DNA from: Trueperaceae bacterium
GTDB lineage: Bacteria; Deinococcota; Deinococci; Deinococcales; Trueperaceae
Length of the DNA: 64,000 nt
Reading direction: 5' to 3'
Assembly: GCA_034520945.1 (NCBI GenBank)
Contig: JAXHNB010000005.1
Coordinates: 704,001 to 768,000, forward strand
The position numbers and the translations under genes are program-made. The notes beneath the pieces are model-generated. The model was not told where the DNA came from, ran no database searches, and was given only the letters and a program-made list of their open reading frames with translations. Positions 1 through 9,378 of the stretch are shown here, one piece after another. Every line of letters starts with the position of its first letter. Positions within the stretch are counted from its first letter, which is position 1.

Positions 1-496
1 GCCGCATCTCGACGCCGTAGCGACTCTGCCGCAGGCCGGCCACCCCCTGCAGCAGCTCGCGCCGCACCCCGCGCTGCCCACCCAACTGCGGCGCCAACCG
101 CTGCGCGGCGGTGGTTCGCAGGCGCGCCCCTGCGAACACGCCGCGCGTCATGTCGGCCTCGCCGTCCAGCACCGGCCCCGCCAGCGCCCGGACGTGGGCG
201 GGACGCAGGCCCGTCAGGTCGGCGTCCAGCAACACCAGCACCTCGGCGTCGCACGACGCGGCACCCTCCGCCAACGCGCCGCCCTTGCCGACGTTGCGGG
301 GCAACCGCAACACCCGCGCCCCCGCCGCCTCCGCCACCCGGGCGGTCGCATCGCGCGAACCGTCGTCGATCACCAAAACCGGTCCCACCTCGGCGGCCCG
401 GGCGACCCGCACCACGTCCGCCACCCGCGCCTCCTCGTCGAAGGCGGGCACCAGCACCCAGCAGCGCGACCCCCCGGCGGACGCCCGAACGTTCAT
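1..496 (-). CDS. Glycosyltransferase family 2 protein (partial, runs off window start)
   Basis: Manual translation from ATG 496 (ATGA overlap with rseP stop): VLVPAFDEE...VIDDGSRD...NVGKGGA...LLDAD, which are GT2 motifs. Confidence 0.85.
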   Translation of the reverse strand, partial: MNVRASAGGSRCWVLVPAFDEEARVADVVRVARAAEVGPVLVIDDGSRDATARVAEAAGARVLRLPRNVGKGGALAEGAASCDAEVLVLLDADLTGLRPAHVRALAGPVLDGEADMTRGVFAGARLRTTAAQRLAPQLGGQRGVRRELLQGVAGLRQSRYGVEMR

Positions 497-1584
497 CCGC
501 CCAGCAGCGCGCCCTGTAGCTCCTGCACGGTGATCAACACGATCAGCGCCAGAACCGCGAGGATGCCCAGGAAGTGGAACACCTCCTCCTGGCCGGGCGC
601 GAACGGCCGGCCACGAACGCCGACCACCACCGCCAGCAGCATGCGGCCCCCGTCCAGGCCGGGGATCGGCAGCAGGTTGAACACCGCCAGCGAGAAGTTG
701 ATGATCGCCGCCAGCAGCAGCACCGGCGCTACGCCCACCTGCGCCGCGTCCCCCACCAGCGACACCATGCCCACCGGCCCGGCCACGTCCTCGGACCCCT
801 GACCGCTGAGCACGTTCCCGAACCCCCGCACGAAGCCGGCCACCATCTCCGGCACCGCCCGCACCGCGAACACCGCACTCTCGCCGAAGGCGACCAGCGG
901 CCCCACCCGCTCCACCTCGAGGGGGCTCAGCTGCACCCCCAACAGGGGACGGTCCCCCTCCGGGGCGTCCGCCGGCGGCCAGGGCGTCTCGAAGGTGCGC
1001 ACCGCCTTGTCGCGGCGCACCTGCAACCGCAGGGTCCCCTCGGCCGCCGCGATCGCGTCGACCGCGTCGGCGGGCGTGGGATCGGTACGCCCCTCGATGC
1101 CGACCAGCACGTCGCCCGCCGCCAACCCCAGACGTTCGGCGGCGGAGTCCGGCACCACCTCGGCGATGCGGGCGCCGCGCACCGCGGGATCCTCGCCGGT
1201 GGTGAGCGCCCGGAAGCCGGGCTCGAGCAGCACCGCCCCCGTCACCAGGACCGTCCCCAGCACGAAGTTGGCCAGGACGCCGGCGATCAGCACCCACAGC
1301 TTCGCGGGAAGGCCCAACGCCGCCATGCCGCCCGTGGGGTGACGAAGACTGCCGTCGTCGCCCTGTTCGGGCGCCATGCCCGGCAGGTCCACGTAGCCGC
1401 CCAGCGGCACCGCTGAGAGGCGCCACTCGGTGCCGCGCCAGCGCCGACGCCACAACACCGGCCCGAAGCCGACGCTGAACGCTCGCACCTCGAGCCCCAC
1501 GCTACGCGCCGCCAACAGGTGGGCCAACTCGTGCACGATGACGGCGCTGAACAGGATCAGCACGAACACGAGGCCGGTGGTCAC
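493..1584 (-). CDS. rseP: RIP metalloprotease RseP (M50, PDZ)
   Basis: HELAH zinc motif, FSVGFG, PLGGYV, PDZ region, NLLPIPGLDGG; downstream of dxr. Confidence 0.9.
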   Translation of the reverse strand: MTTGLVFVLILFSAVIVHELAHLLAARSVGLEVRAFSVGFGPVLWRRRWRGTEWRLSAVPLGGYVDLPGMAPEQGDDGSLRHPTGGMAALGLPAKLWVLIAGVLANFVLGTVLVTGAVLLEPGFRALTTGEDPAVRGARIAEVVPDSAAERLGLAAGDVLVGIEGRTDPTPADAVDAIAAAEGTLRLQVRRDKAVRTFETPWPPADAPEGDRPLLGVQLSPLEVERVGPLVAFGESAVFAVRAVPEMVAGFVRGFGNVLSGQGSEDVAGPVGMVSLVGDAAQVGVAPVLLLAAIINFSLAVFNLLPIPGLDGGRMLLAVVVGVRGRPFAPGQEEVFHFLGILAVLALIVLITVQELQGALLGG

Positions 1585-1642
1585 GAGGAGGACTCCATGA
1601 CGGCAGTATTCCAGGTTCCCGCGCCGGGGCCGGTACCGCGCC

Positions 1643-2794
1643 TCACGGCGGGGGCCCGTCGGGGCCGCGCAGCGCCCCGGGGGCGTCGGGACCGCCCAGG
1701 CGCTCCAGCTCGCGCACGATGTCGCTGCGCGACAGGATGCCGACGACGCTGCCGCGTTCGTCCACCACGACCAGGCGGCCGGTGGCGCCGGTCGCCAGGC
1801 GGGTCGCCGCCTGCGCCAGCGGTTCGTGCGGCGTGATGGTTTCGGCCTCCACGGTCACGTCGGCGACGGTGGCGTCGTCCGGCACGCCCTCCTCCACGTC
1901 GGCGTCCAGTACCCGCGCGAAGCCCCGCAGGCGCCCGTCTTGGTCGACGACGGGGTAGCCGGCGTGCGACCGGAACGCCCGCAGGCGCGCGAAGCGGTCC
2001 AACGGCACGTCCGGATCGATGGTGGCGGGATCGGGCGTCATCAGGTCCCGCACCGTCTTGCCCGCGAACGCGCGCTCCAGCAGGGCCATGCGACCCTCCG
2101 CGCCGCCGGCCTGATACACCAGGAACGCGATCGCGACCATCAACAGGTTCAGCGACACGAAGCCCCACACGCCCAGCCCGATCGCCACCACGCGCGACAC
2201 GCCCACCGCCACGCGCGTGGCGGCGTACCGGCCCATCGCCAGCGCCAACAGCGAGCGGAGGATCCGCCCGCCGTCCAGCGGCAGGGCCGGCAGCAGGTTG
2301 AACACCCCGAGGGCGCCGTTCGCGATCGCGAGGTAGGACAGCACGAAACGCCCCCCCGCCGACTGCACCCACTCCAGCGACGCGCCCGCCAGCAGCGCCA
2401 GGCCCATGCTGGTGATCGGCCCGGCCACCGCCACGATCGCCTCGGCCCCCTTGCCGCGGGGCAGGTCGCGGAAGCTGGCGACCCCGCCCAGGAACCACAA
2501 GGTGATCTCCTCGGCTTGGACCCCGTAGAACCGTGCCACCAGCACGTGACCCAGCTCGTGCAGCAGGACGCCGACGAACAGGCCCGTGGCCGCCACCAAG
2601 CCCAGCAGGGCCGGCGTGACCCCCTGGGTCAGCGCCTCCTGGTCGAGGGCCACCCCGGCCTCGCTCATCAACGCGACGTAGGCGGGGATCTGCGAGGCGA
2701 TCAGCCACGCCAGCAGCGGCAGGATCAGCAGGAAGCTGGGGTCCAGCCGCAGCGGGACGCCAAGCAAGCGGACCGGCAGGCGATACCCGCGCAT
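1643..2794 (-). CDS. Site-2 protease (M50) with tandem CBS domains
   Basis: HELGH, FNLLPALPLDGG, C-terminal CBS pair (VRDLMT, YPVVD, GILSRSDI); start re-picked at ATG 2794. Confidence 0.88.
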   Translation of the reverse strand: MRGYRLPVRLLGVPLRLDPSFLLILPLLAWLIASQIPAYVALMSEAGVALDQEALTQGVTPALLGLVAATGLFVGVLLHELGHVLVARFYGVQAEEITLWFLGGVASFRDLPRGKGAEAIVAVAGPITSMGLALLAGASLEWVQSAGGRFVLSYLAIANGALGVFNLLPALPLDGGRILRSLLALAMGRYAATRVAVGVSRVVAIGLGVWGFVSLNLLMVAIAFLVYQAGGAEGRMALLERAFAGKTVRDLMTPDPATIDPDVPLDRFARLRAFRSHAGYPVVDQDGRLRGFARVLDADVEEGVPDDATVADVTVEAETITPHEPLAQAATRLATGATGRLVVVDERGSVVGILSRSDIVRELERLGGPDAPGALRGPDGPPP

Positions 2795-2796
2795 CC

Positions 2797-3936
2797 TCAG
2801 GCCCCGGTCGCGCGACGCCCGACCACGTCGCCCGCGACGCGTCGGGCGTCCGCGTCGGCCTCGCGGAGGGCCTCCCACCCCAGCGCCTCGGGGGCGACGC
2901 CGTCCAGGGTGGCGGCCAGCACCTGCGGGATGGCGTCGAAGGGGAGACGGCCGTCCAAGAAGGCGGGGACCGCCACCTCGTCGGCGGCGTTGAGGATGGC
3001 GGGGGCCGTGCCGCCCCGACGGCCCGCCTCGTACGCCAGGCCCAGCGCCGGGAACCGATCAACGTCGGGCGGTTCGAACTCCCAGCGGCCGCGCAAGGGG
3101 AACGGATCCAGCGGGACGGCGGGACGCGCGTCGCCCTCCACCGCCCACTGGATGGGGAGCCGCATGTCGTGCGGACCGACCTGCGCCAACAGGTTGCCGT
3201 CCCGGAACCGCACCAGGGCGTGCACCCACGACTGGGGATGGACGACCACCTCGATGCGGTCCAGCGGCACCTCGAACAGGTGATGGGCCTCCAGGACCTC
3301 GAGCCCCTTGTTGAACAGCGTGGCGGAGTCGATGGTCACCTTCGGCCCCATGCGCCAGGTGGGGTGCTTCAGCGCCTGCGCCGGGGTGACCTGCCGCAGG
3401 TCGGCCGGCCCTTCGCGGAACGGCCCGCCGGAGGCGGTCAGCACGATCGCCGCGACGGCCTCCCGGTTCTGGCCGCGCAACGCCTGGTCCACCCCGGCGT
3501 GCTCCGAATCGACGGGGGTGATGCGCCCCCCGTGCCGCGCCGCTTCGGCGCGCATCAGCGGACCGGCCACCACCATCGCCTCCTTGGTGGCCAACGCCAC
3601 GTGCCGCCCCTCCCCCAGGGCGGCACGGACGGGCGCAAGACCGGCCATGCCGGGAATGGCCGCAATGACCGTGTCGGCCGGGAGCCGGGCGGCACGCTCG
3701 GCTGCCCCCGGCGCGCCGTCCAGGCGCGTGCCTCCCGGAAGGCGGGGCGCCAGGACGTCCGCGACGGAGGGATCGCAGGCCACCACCTCGGGGCGAAAGG
3801 CGTCGGCCTGCGCCGCCAGCCGGTCGACGTCACGCCCGGCCACCAGGGCCGTGACGCGCCATTCGCGCCAACGCGCGACCTCCAGGGTCTGCGTTCCGAT
3901 CGAGCCGGTGGACCCGAGCACGGTGATGGTCCTCAT
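2797..3936 (-). CDS. dxr: 1-deoxy-D-xylulose-5-phosphate reductoisomerase
   Basis: LGSTGSIG, PVDSEH, TASGGPFR, HPTWRMGPKVTIDSAT, NKGLE. Confidence 0.95.
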   Translation of the reverse strand: MRTITVLGSTGSIGTQTLEVARWREWRVTALVAGRDVDRLAAQADAFRPEVVACDPSVADVLAPRLPGGTRLDGAPGAAERAARLPADTVIAAIPGMAGLAPVRAALGEGRHVALATKEAMVVAGPLMRAEAARHGGRITPVDSEHAGVDQALRGQNREAVAAIVLTASGGPFREGPADLRQVTPAQALKHPTWRMGPKVTIDSATLFNKGLEVLEAHHLFEVPLDRIEVVVHPQSWVHALVRFRDGNLLAQVGPHDMRLPIQWAVEGDARPAVPLDPFPLRGRWEFEPPDVDRFPALGLAYEAGRRGGTAPAILNAADEVAVPAFLDGRLPFDAIPQVLAATLDGVAPEALGWEALREADADARRVAGDVVGRRATGA

Positions 3937-4095
3937 GGGCGCATCATCGCACGTGCTGCACGGCGGCGCCGTGGCGGGGGCGGGCGTCCCTCCGGGCCGC
4001 GGGCGGCGCGGTGGTACCATTCCCACGCGCACGGGGCCGCGGTCGTGTCATGCACGGCGCGCGCAGCTTCGGCGCGTACGCGGAAGGAGGCCGAC

Positions 4096-4725
4096 GTGCT
4101 GGTACGCGACGCGATGACGGCGGACCCGACGCTCGTTTCGACCGACACGCCGATGATGGAGGCCATGCAGCGCCTCCGCGAGGGCGGGTACCGACGTCTG
4201 CCGGTCGTCGACGGGGACCGGTTGGTCGGGATCGTGACCGACCGGGACCTGAAGGAGGCGGCGCCGTCCAAGGCGACGACGCTATCGGTCTACGAGCTGA
4301 ACTACCTTCTGGCGCAGATGCGCGTCCGAGACGTGATGCGTGAGCCCGTCATCACCGTGCGGCCGAGCGATCCCATCGAACGGGCCGCGCTCCTGATGGA
4401 GGAACACCGCATCTCCGGCCTGCCGGTGGTGGACGGCGACCGGTTGGTCGGGATCGTGACCATCACCGATCTGTTGCACGCCTTCGTGGGCTTTCTCGGC
4501 ATTCGCGAGGGCGGCACCCGCGTCACGGTCGAGGTGCCGGACGAACCGGGCGTGCTGGCGCGGGCCGCCCGCGCGGCGGCGCCGTCCAACATCGTCGCCG
4601 CCGTCACGGCCGGGGTGGAACACGGTCACGTCCGCAGCCTGGTGCTGCGCGTCACCGGCCAGGACGCCGCCGGGTTCCCCGACAGGCTGAAGGCCGAAGG
4701 CATCTCGGTCACGGACGTGCGGTGA
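4096..4725 (+). CDS. CBS-pair plus ACT domain protein (AcuB-like)
   Basis: SD AAGGAGG before GTG 4096; two CBS repeats (LPVVD..LVGIVT), PSKATTLSVYELNYLL, ACT-like DEPGVLA. Confidence 0.85.
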   Translation: MLVRDAMTADPTLVSTDTPMMEAMQRLREGGYRRLPVVDGDRLVGIVTDRDLKEAAPSKATTLSVYELNYLLAQMRVRDVMREPVITVRPSDPIERAALLMEEHRISGLPVVDGDRLVGIVTITDLLHAFVGFLGIREGGTRVTVEVPDEPGVLARAARAAAPSNIVAAVTAGVEHGHVRSLVLRVTGQDAAGFPDRLKAEGISVTDVR

Positions 4726-5426
4726 GGGACGCCCCCGACCTGGAGGGTCTGGCCGCCGCCGCCCGGGGCGGCGCCGTCGCGCATTCGGCCTTCCTGAGCG
4801 AGGCGACCTCGTCCGCGTGGGTGGCGCGCCTGCGCCGCGACGGGGTGGCGGCCAGCGCCACCGGGGGGTACCCCGGTGCGGCGCGCCGCATCGTCACCGC
4901 GCGAGGGGAGCACGTTCCGAGCGCCGATCCCGCGCTCGCGGCGCTGTACCTGGACGGCGCGCACGACGCCAGTGAGGCGCGCGCGGCCCTGCGCGCCGCC
5001 GGGGCGGAGCCCGGCGACCTGGGCGACGCGGTCCGGCACGCGGATGGCCTGAGCCTGGTGGTCCGCGCCTCGTTCCGACCCCAAGAGCTGGGGGCGGTCC
5101 GCCTCGGAGGGCGCGAGGTGGTGCCGGAGACGGTTCCGCTGGAACGGGCCGCCACGGGGACGCGCAAGACGCAGGTTCTGGTGGTGCCTGCCCTGCGGGC
5201 CGACGTGCTGGGCGCCAAGGCGCTGGGCGCCTCCCGCTCCTGGTTCGGGAAGGGCGTCGCGGCCGGAAACGTCCGCGTGGACGGCGCGCGCGTCGGCAAG
5301 TCGCACCTGCTCGAGCCCGGCAGCGAACTCTGGGCCGAAGGCCTGGGGCGGGTGCACGTGCTGGGGGTGGAGGGCGAGACCAAGCGCGGCAACCTCAAGG
5401 TGCGCGTCGAGGTCGAGAAGTCCTGA
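4722..5426 (+). CDS. YlmH-like S4 RNA-binding protein
   Basis: GGYPGAARR, C-terminal S4 motif LRADVL..SRS..GNVRVDG..GLGR..TKRG; overlaps upstream stop. Confidence 0.7.
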   Translation: MRDAPDLEGLAAAARGGAVAHSAFLSEATSSAWVARLRRDGVAASATGGYPGAARRIVTARGEHVPSADPALAALYLDGAHDASEARAALRAAGAEPGDLGDAVRHADGLSLVVRASFRPQELGAVRLGGREVVPETVPLERAATGTRKTQVLVVPALRADVLGAKALGASRSWFGKGVAAGNVRVDGARVGKSHLLEPGSELWAEGLGRVHVLGVEGETKRGNLKVRVEVEKS

Positions 5427-5436
5427 GCGCCGCGCG

Positions 5437-6756
5437 TCAGCGTCGGACGCGCTTGCCGCCCTCCTTGTCGCGATTCTTGAAGATCATGCGGAACGGCACC
5501 TCCGCGAACCCGAGATCCTCGCGGATGCGGTTGCGCAGGTACTGTTCAAAGGGGCGCGTCACCATGGTTTCGGAGTTCACGCTGAACACGAACGTCGGGG
5601 GCGCCACGTCCGCCTGCGTCGCGTACAGCAGCTTCAGCGGCCGGCCGCTGAAGTTCGGCGGCGCCTGTCGTTGCGTCCACACGCGCGTCCAGACGTTCAA
5701 CGCCGAGGTCGGCACGCGACGTCGCGCCGTGTCCCACACGCGCACCACGCTCGCCAGCAGTTCGTGCATGCCGTAGTCGGTCCGGGCGCTCACGTACACG
5801 CGGGGCGCGAAGGCGAGGTGCGACAGGGCCGCGTCGATGCGCTGCCGCATGCGCACCAACGCGTCGTCCTCGACGAGGTCCCACTTGTTGACGGCCAGCA
5901 CCACCGGTTTGCCGGCCTGCAACGCCGTGTTGGCGATCCGCATCTCGTGGTCGCCGAGCTCGAACGGGTCGACGACCAGCACCGCCACCTCGGCGCGCCG
6001 GAGCGCCGCCTCGGCGCGCAGTTTGGCGTAGTACGCCACGTCGCCTTCCGGCTTGCGCCGTATGCCGGCCGTGTCCACCAGCACGAACGGCCGGCCGGCG
6101 AACGTGAACGCCACGTCGATGGCGTCGCGGGTGGTGCCGGCCTCGGGGGAGACGATCACCCGCTCGCCGCCCACCAGCGTGTTCACCAGCGACGACTTGC
6201 CGGCGTTGGGCCGGCCGATGATCGCGACCGTGATCGGCGCGTCCTCGGCGTCGTCTTCGTCCTCGCCCAAGCGTTCCATGATCGCCTCGTCCAGTTCGGG
6301 GCCGCCCTGGCGGTGCAGCGCCGACGTCGGATGCGGGGCGCCGAACCCGAGCGCGTACGCCTCGAACGCCTCGGGGCGTTCCAGTTGGCGGGGGTCGTCC
6401 ACCTTGGTGCCCACCAGCAGGACCGGCGCCCCCTGCCGGCGGAGCCAGGCGGCGATCTCGTGATCGGTGTCGGTCGGGGCGGTGCGCCCGTCGATGCAGA
6501 ACAGCACCAGGTCGGTACCCCGCAGCGCCTCCTCGACCGTGCGGCGAATCGGCGCCTCGAACCCGTCGCCCGACCACAGGCCGCCGGTGTCCAGCAGCCG
6601 GTAGCGGCGGTGGTCGTCGGTGGTGACCACGCCCTCCTTCACGTCCCGCGTGACGCCGGGCGCGTCGTCGACGATGGCCTCCCGCCGCCCGAGCAGGCGG
6701 TTGAACAGGCTGGACTTGCCGACGTTGGGACGTCCGACGATCGCTACGCTACGCAA
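5437..6756 (-). CDS. der: Ribosome biogenesis GTPase Der (EngA)
   Basis: Two G domains (GRPNVGKS/DTGG; GRPNAGKS/DTAG/NKWD) plus KH-like tail PPTF; TTG start after GGAGG. Confidence 0.95.
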   Translation of the reverse strand: MRSVAIVGRPNVGKSSLFNRLLGRREAIVDDAPGVTRDVKEGVVTTDDHRRYRLLDTGGLWSGDGFEAPIRRTVEEALRGTDLVLFCIDGRTAPTDTDHEIAAWLRRQGAPVLLVGTKVDDPRQLERPEAFEAYALGFGAPHPTSALHRQGGPELDEAIMERLGEDEDDAEDAPITVAIIGRPNAGKSSLVNTLVGGERVIVSPEAGTTRDAIDVAFTFAGRPFVLVDTAGIRRKPEGDVAYYAKLRAEAALRRAEVAVLVVDPFELGDHEMRIANTALQAGKPVVLAVNKWDLVEDDALVRMRQRIDAALSHLAFAPRVYVSARTDYGMHELLASVVRVWDTARRRVPTSALNVWTRVWTQRQAPPNFSGRPLKLLYATQADVAPPTFVFSVNSETMVTRPFEQYLRNRIREDLGFAEVPFRMIFKNRDKEGGKRVRR

Positions 6757-7708
6757 CAGGGTCGCCCTCCCCCAGGTGGGCGCCGCGCGCCCAGTCCGCC
6801 GCCGCCATGGTTCGACGTCCGGCCGGGGTGACGCGCAGCAGGCGCACCGCCCCCCGGCCGCACGCGACGCGCACCTCGGCCTCGCCGACCTCCAGAACGG
6901 TCCCCGGCTCGGCGCCGCCGCCAGCGGCGGGCGCCGTGTCGCCGGCGTCGCGCGCGAGTTCGTCGACGCGGACGCGTTCGCCCGCACGTTCGAACCAGCT
7001 GCCCGGCCACGCCAGCACGCCGCGCCAGCGGTCGTACACGGCGGCCGCGGGGTCAGCGAAGCGGATCCGTCCGTCCTCCTTGGTCAGGCGTGGGGCGTGC
7101 GTCGCCTCCGCGTCGTCCTGCGGGACCAGGGGGAGCGCCCCCTTCGCCAACGCGCGGAGCGCCTCGGAGACGGCGTCGGCGGCCAGGTCGGCCAGCCGCG
7201 TGAACAGGTCGGGGGCCGTCTCGTGCGGCCCGATTTGCGTCCGTACCACGTGGCGGATCGGGCCGGTGTCGAGGCCCGCCTCGGTCTGCATCACGGTAAT
7301 GCCGGTCTCGTCGAAGCCTTGGATCAACGCCCATTGGACGGGCGCGGCCCCCCGCAGCTTGGGCAGCAGGCTGGCGTGCGCGTTCAGGAACCCGTGCCGG
7401 GGCACGCCCAGGACCGCTTCTGGAAGGATGCGGCCGTAGGCGGCGGTGATGGCCACGTCCAGGTCCAGCGCCCGCAGCCGTTCCACCGCCTCGTCGTTGC
7501 GGACCCAGCGGCGCGGCTGGAACAGGGGAAGGCCCAGTTCCGCGGCCCGGGCCGCCACGGCGCAGGGACGCACCCGCATGCCGCGGCCGGCGGGCGCGTC
7601 CGGCCGCGTGACGACCAGGGCGGCCTCGTGCTCGTCGTGCAGTCGCTCCAGCACCGGGACCCCGAACGCGGGCGAGCCGAACAGCGCGACGCGCAATCGG
7701 TCCGTCAT
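6749..7708 (-). CDS. fmt: Methionyl-tRNA formyltransferase
   Basis: FGSPAF, VVTRPD, AAYGRIL, NAHASLLPKLRGAAP, LDTGP. Confidence 0.95.
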   Translation of the reverse strand: MTDRLRVALFGSPAFGVPVLERLHDEHEAALVVTRPDAPAGRGMRVRPCAVAARAAELGLPLFQPRRWVRNDEAVERLRALDLDVAITAAYGRILPEAVLGVPRHGFLNAHASLLPKLRGAAPVQWALIQGFDETGITVMQTEAGLDTGPIRHVVRTQIGPHETAPDLFTRLADLAADAVSEALRALAKGALPLVPQDDAEATHAPRLTKEDGRIRFADPAAAVYDRWRGVLAWPGSWFERAGERVRVDELARDAGDTAPAAGGGAEPGTVLEVGEAEVRVACGRGAVRLLRVTPAGRRTMAAADWARGAHLGEGDPVA

Positions 7709-8406
7709 CCCGCCTCCGGCCGCGCGTCCTGGCGTTCCCGCAGGAACGCCTTGGCGCGGCGCTGCATGTCGGCCAGCTCCTGGCGGTGCTCCTCCATGAA
7801 GCGCTGCCGCGTGGCGGGGGGGAAGCGGTCGAAGAACAGCACGCCGTCCAGGTGGTCGATCTCGTGCTGGATCACGTGGGCGAAGTGCCCTTCGGCCTCC
7901 CGCTCCTGCCAGCGGCCCCGCAGGTCCTGGTAGCGCACCGCGATCCACTGGTCGCGCTCCATGTCCTCCACCCACAGGCCCGGCACGCTGAGACAGCCGT
8001 CGGGCGCCACGCGCAGGCCCGCGCGGGCGGTGATCTCCGGGTTGATCATCACGTGTTCGGCGATCACGGTCGGTTCGGGGGCTTCCTCCTCGCCTACGCC
8101 GACCTCCACCTGGCCCGCCTCGGGCGGGGCGTGGCCGGTGTCCGCACCCGCAGCGCCCGCCACGTCTGCTGCGTCCGCCGCTACGGTGTCGTCTTCGTCC
8201 GGTTCGTCCGGCTCCGCGAGCTCCAGCGCCACGAACAGGCGGAACGACACGCCGACCTGCGGCCCTGCGAGCCCGACGCCGCGGGCGTCGTGCATGGTCT
8301 CGGACATGTCGGTCGCCAGACGCGCCAGCGTTTCGTCGAAGGTGCGCACCGGCGCCGCGGGGCGGCGCAGCACGGGATCGCCGTACAGTCGGATGGGATG
8401 GATCAC
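7705..8406 (-). CDS. def: Peptide deformylase with acidic insertion
   Basis: GVGLAGPQVG, DGCLS, QHEIDHLDG; adjacent to fmt. Confidence 0.93.
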   Translation of the reverse strand: MIHPIRLYGDPVLRRPAAPVRTFDETLARLATDMSETMHDARGVGLAGPQVGVSFRLFVALELAEPDEPDEDDTVAADAADVAGAAGADTGHAPPEAGQVEVGVGEEEAPEPTVIAEHVMINPEITARAGLRVAPDGCLSVPGLWVEDMERDQWIAVRYQDLRGRWQEREAEGHFAHVIQHEIDHLDGVLFFDRFPPATRQRFMEEHRQELADMQRRAKAFLRERQDARPEAG

Positions 8407-8439
8407 GGGTGGGGCCTCCAGCACCTACGGTGGGATCGG

Positions 8440-9378
8440 TCAGGGTCCGCGCATCACGCCCGGCGGCGCCACGTCGGGCGACACCCGGACCTGAGCGGTG
8501 ACCGAGCCTGCGGCGACGACGCCGTCCGGCAGCGCCAGTCGCACCGGCAGATCATAGCGCCCCGGTGGCAACATCGCGGTCGCGTCCGGGACGCGACCGT
8601 CGACCGTCTCCACCTCGTCGGCCGCCCCCACCGGCCCGATCAGCTCCACCTCCCCCGGCGTCACCCCCTCGATGCGCACGCGGGGATCACTCGGCGGCGT
8701 GACCGACACGGCGACGAGGCTGCGGGCCCACCGCGGTTCGCGCACCACCTCGAGGGTGGCGACCTCGGGGACCACGTGGGTCTCGGCGACCGGTCGCCCG
8801 CCCGCGTCCACGGCCAGCAGCACGGCCTCCCCGCCCGTGGGCGCGTCGCCCGGACGCCAGGCGACGACACCGTCCACGTCGGCCAGAACCGGATCGCGAG
8901 CCTCGACCACGGCCCGTTCGGGCGTGACGTGCACGGTGGCGAACACCTCGCCCGCCGGCGCAGGCTCCACGCGCGGCCGCACCAAAAACTCCGCGCGGCG
9001 CATCGCCTCCAGGCGCCCGATCACCTCGTCGGGGACCACCCGTTCGACCCGCAACGCCGTCGGTGCGCGTGCCTCGATCCGGCGGGAGAACTCGCCGGAC
9101 GCCCCGCTGAGGTCCAGCACCGCCTCGATGTCGCGTGCGCTCAAGCGCTCCATGCGCTCGCTGCCGCCGGTGACGACCACCTCGACGCGGGCCGGCACGC
9201 CGACGGTGACCTCGTCCTCGGCGGCGCCCGTGACCTGCAGCGGGACCAGCAGCGAGCGTTGCGCGGTGGTGTCCGGATTGGTCGAGGCGACCCACCACAA
9301 CACCAAGGCGGCGGCGATGGCGGCGAGCTTGCCGGGCCAATCGCGCCGCAGGCGCCGGAGGATCCTGCGCCAGGTCAC
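8440..9378 (-). CDS. cdaR: CdaR/YbbR-like diadenylate cyclase regulator
   Basis: N-terminal TM (KLAAIAAALVLWW), YbbR-like beta-rich repeats, coupled to cdaA. Confidence 0.75.
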   Translation of the reverse strand: MTWRRILRRLRRDWPGKLAAIAAALVLWWVASTNPDTTAQRSLLVPLQVTGAAEDEVTVGVPARVEVVVTGGSERMERLSARDIEAVLDLSGASGEFSRRIEARAPTALRVERVVPDEVIGRLEAMRRAEFLVRPRVEPAPAGEVFATVHVTPERAVVEARDPVLADVDGVVAWRPGDAPTGGEAVLLAVDAGGRPVAETHVVPEVATLEVVREPRWARSLVAVSVTPPSDPRVRIEGVTPGEVELIGPVGAADEVETVDGRVPDATAMLPPGRYDLPVRLALPDGVVAAGSVTAQVRVSPDVAPPGVMRGP

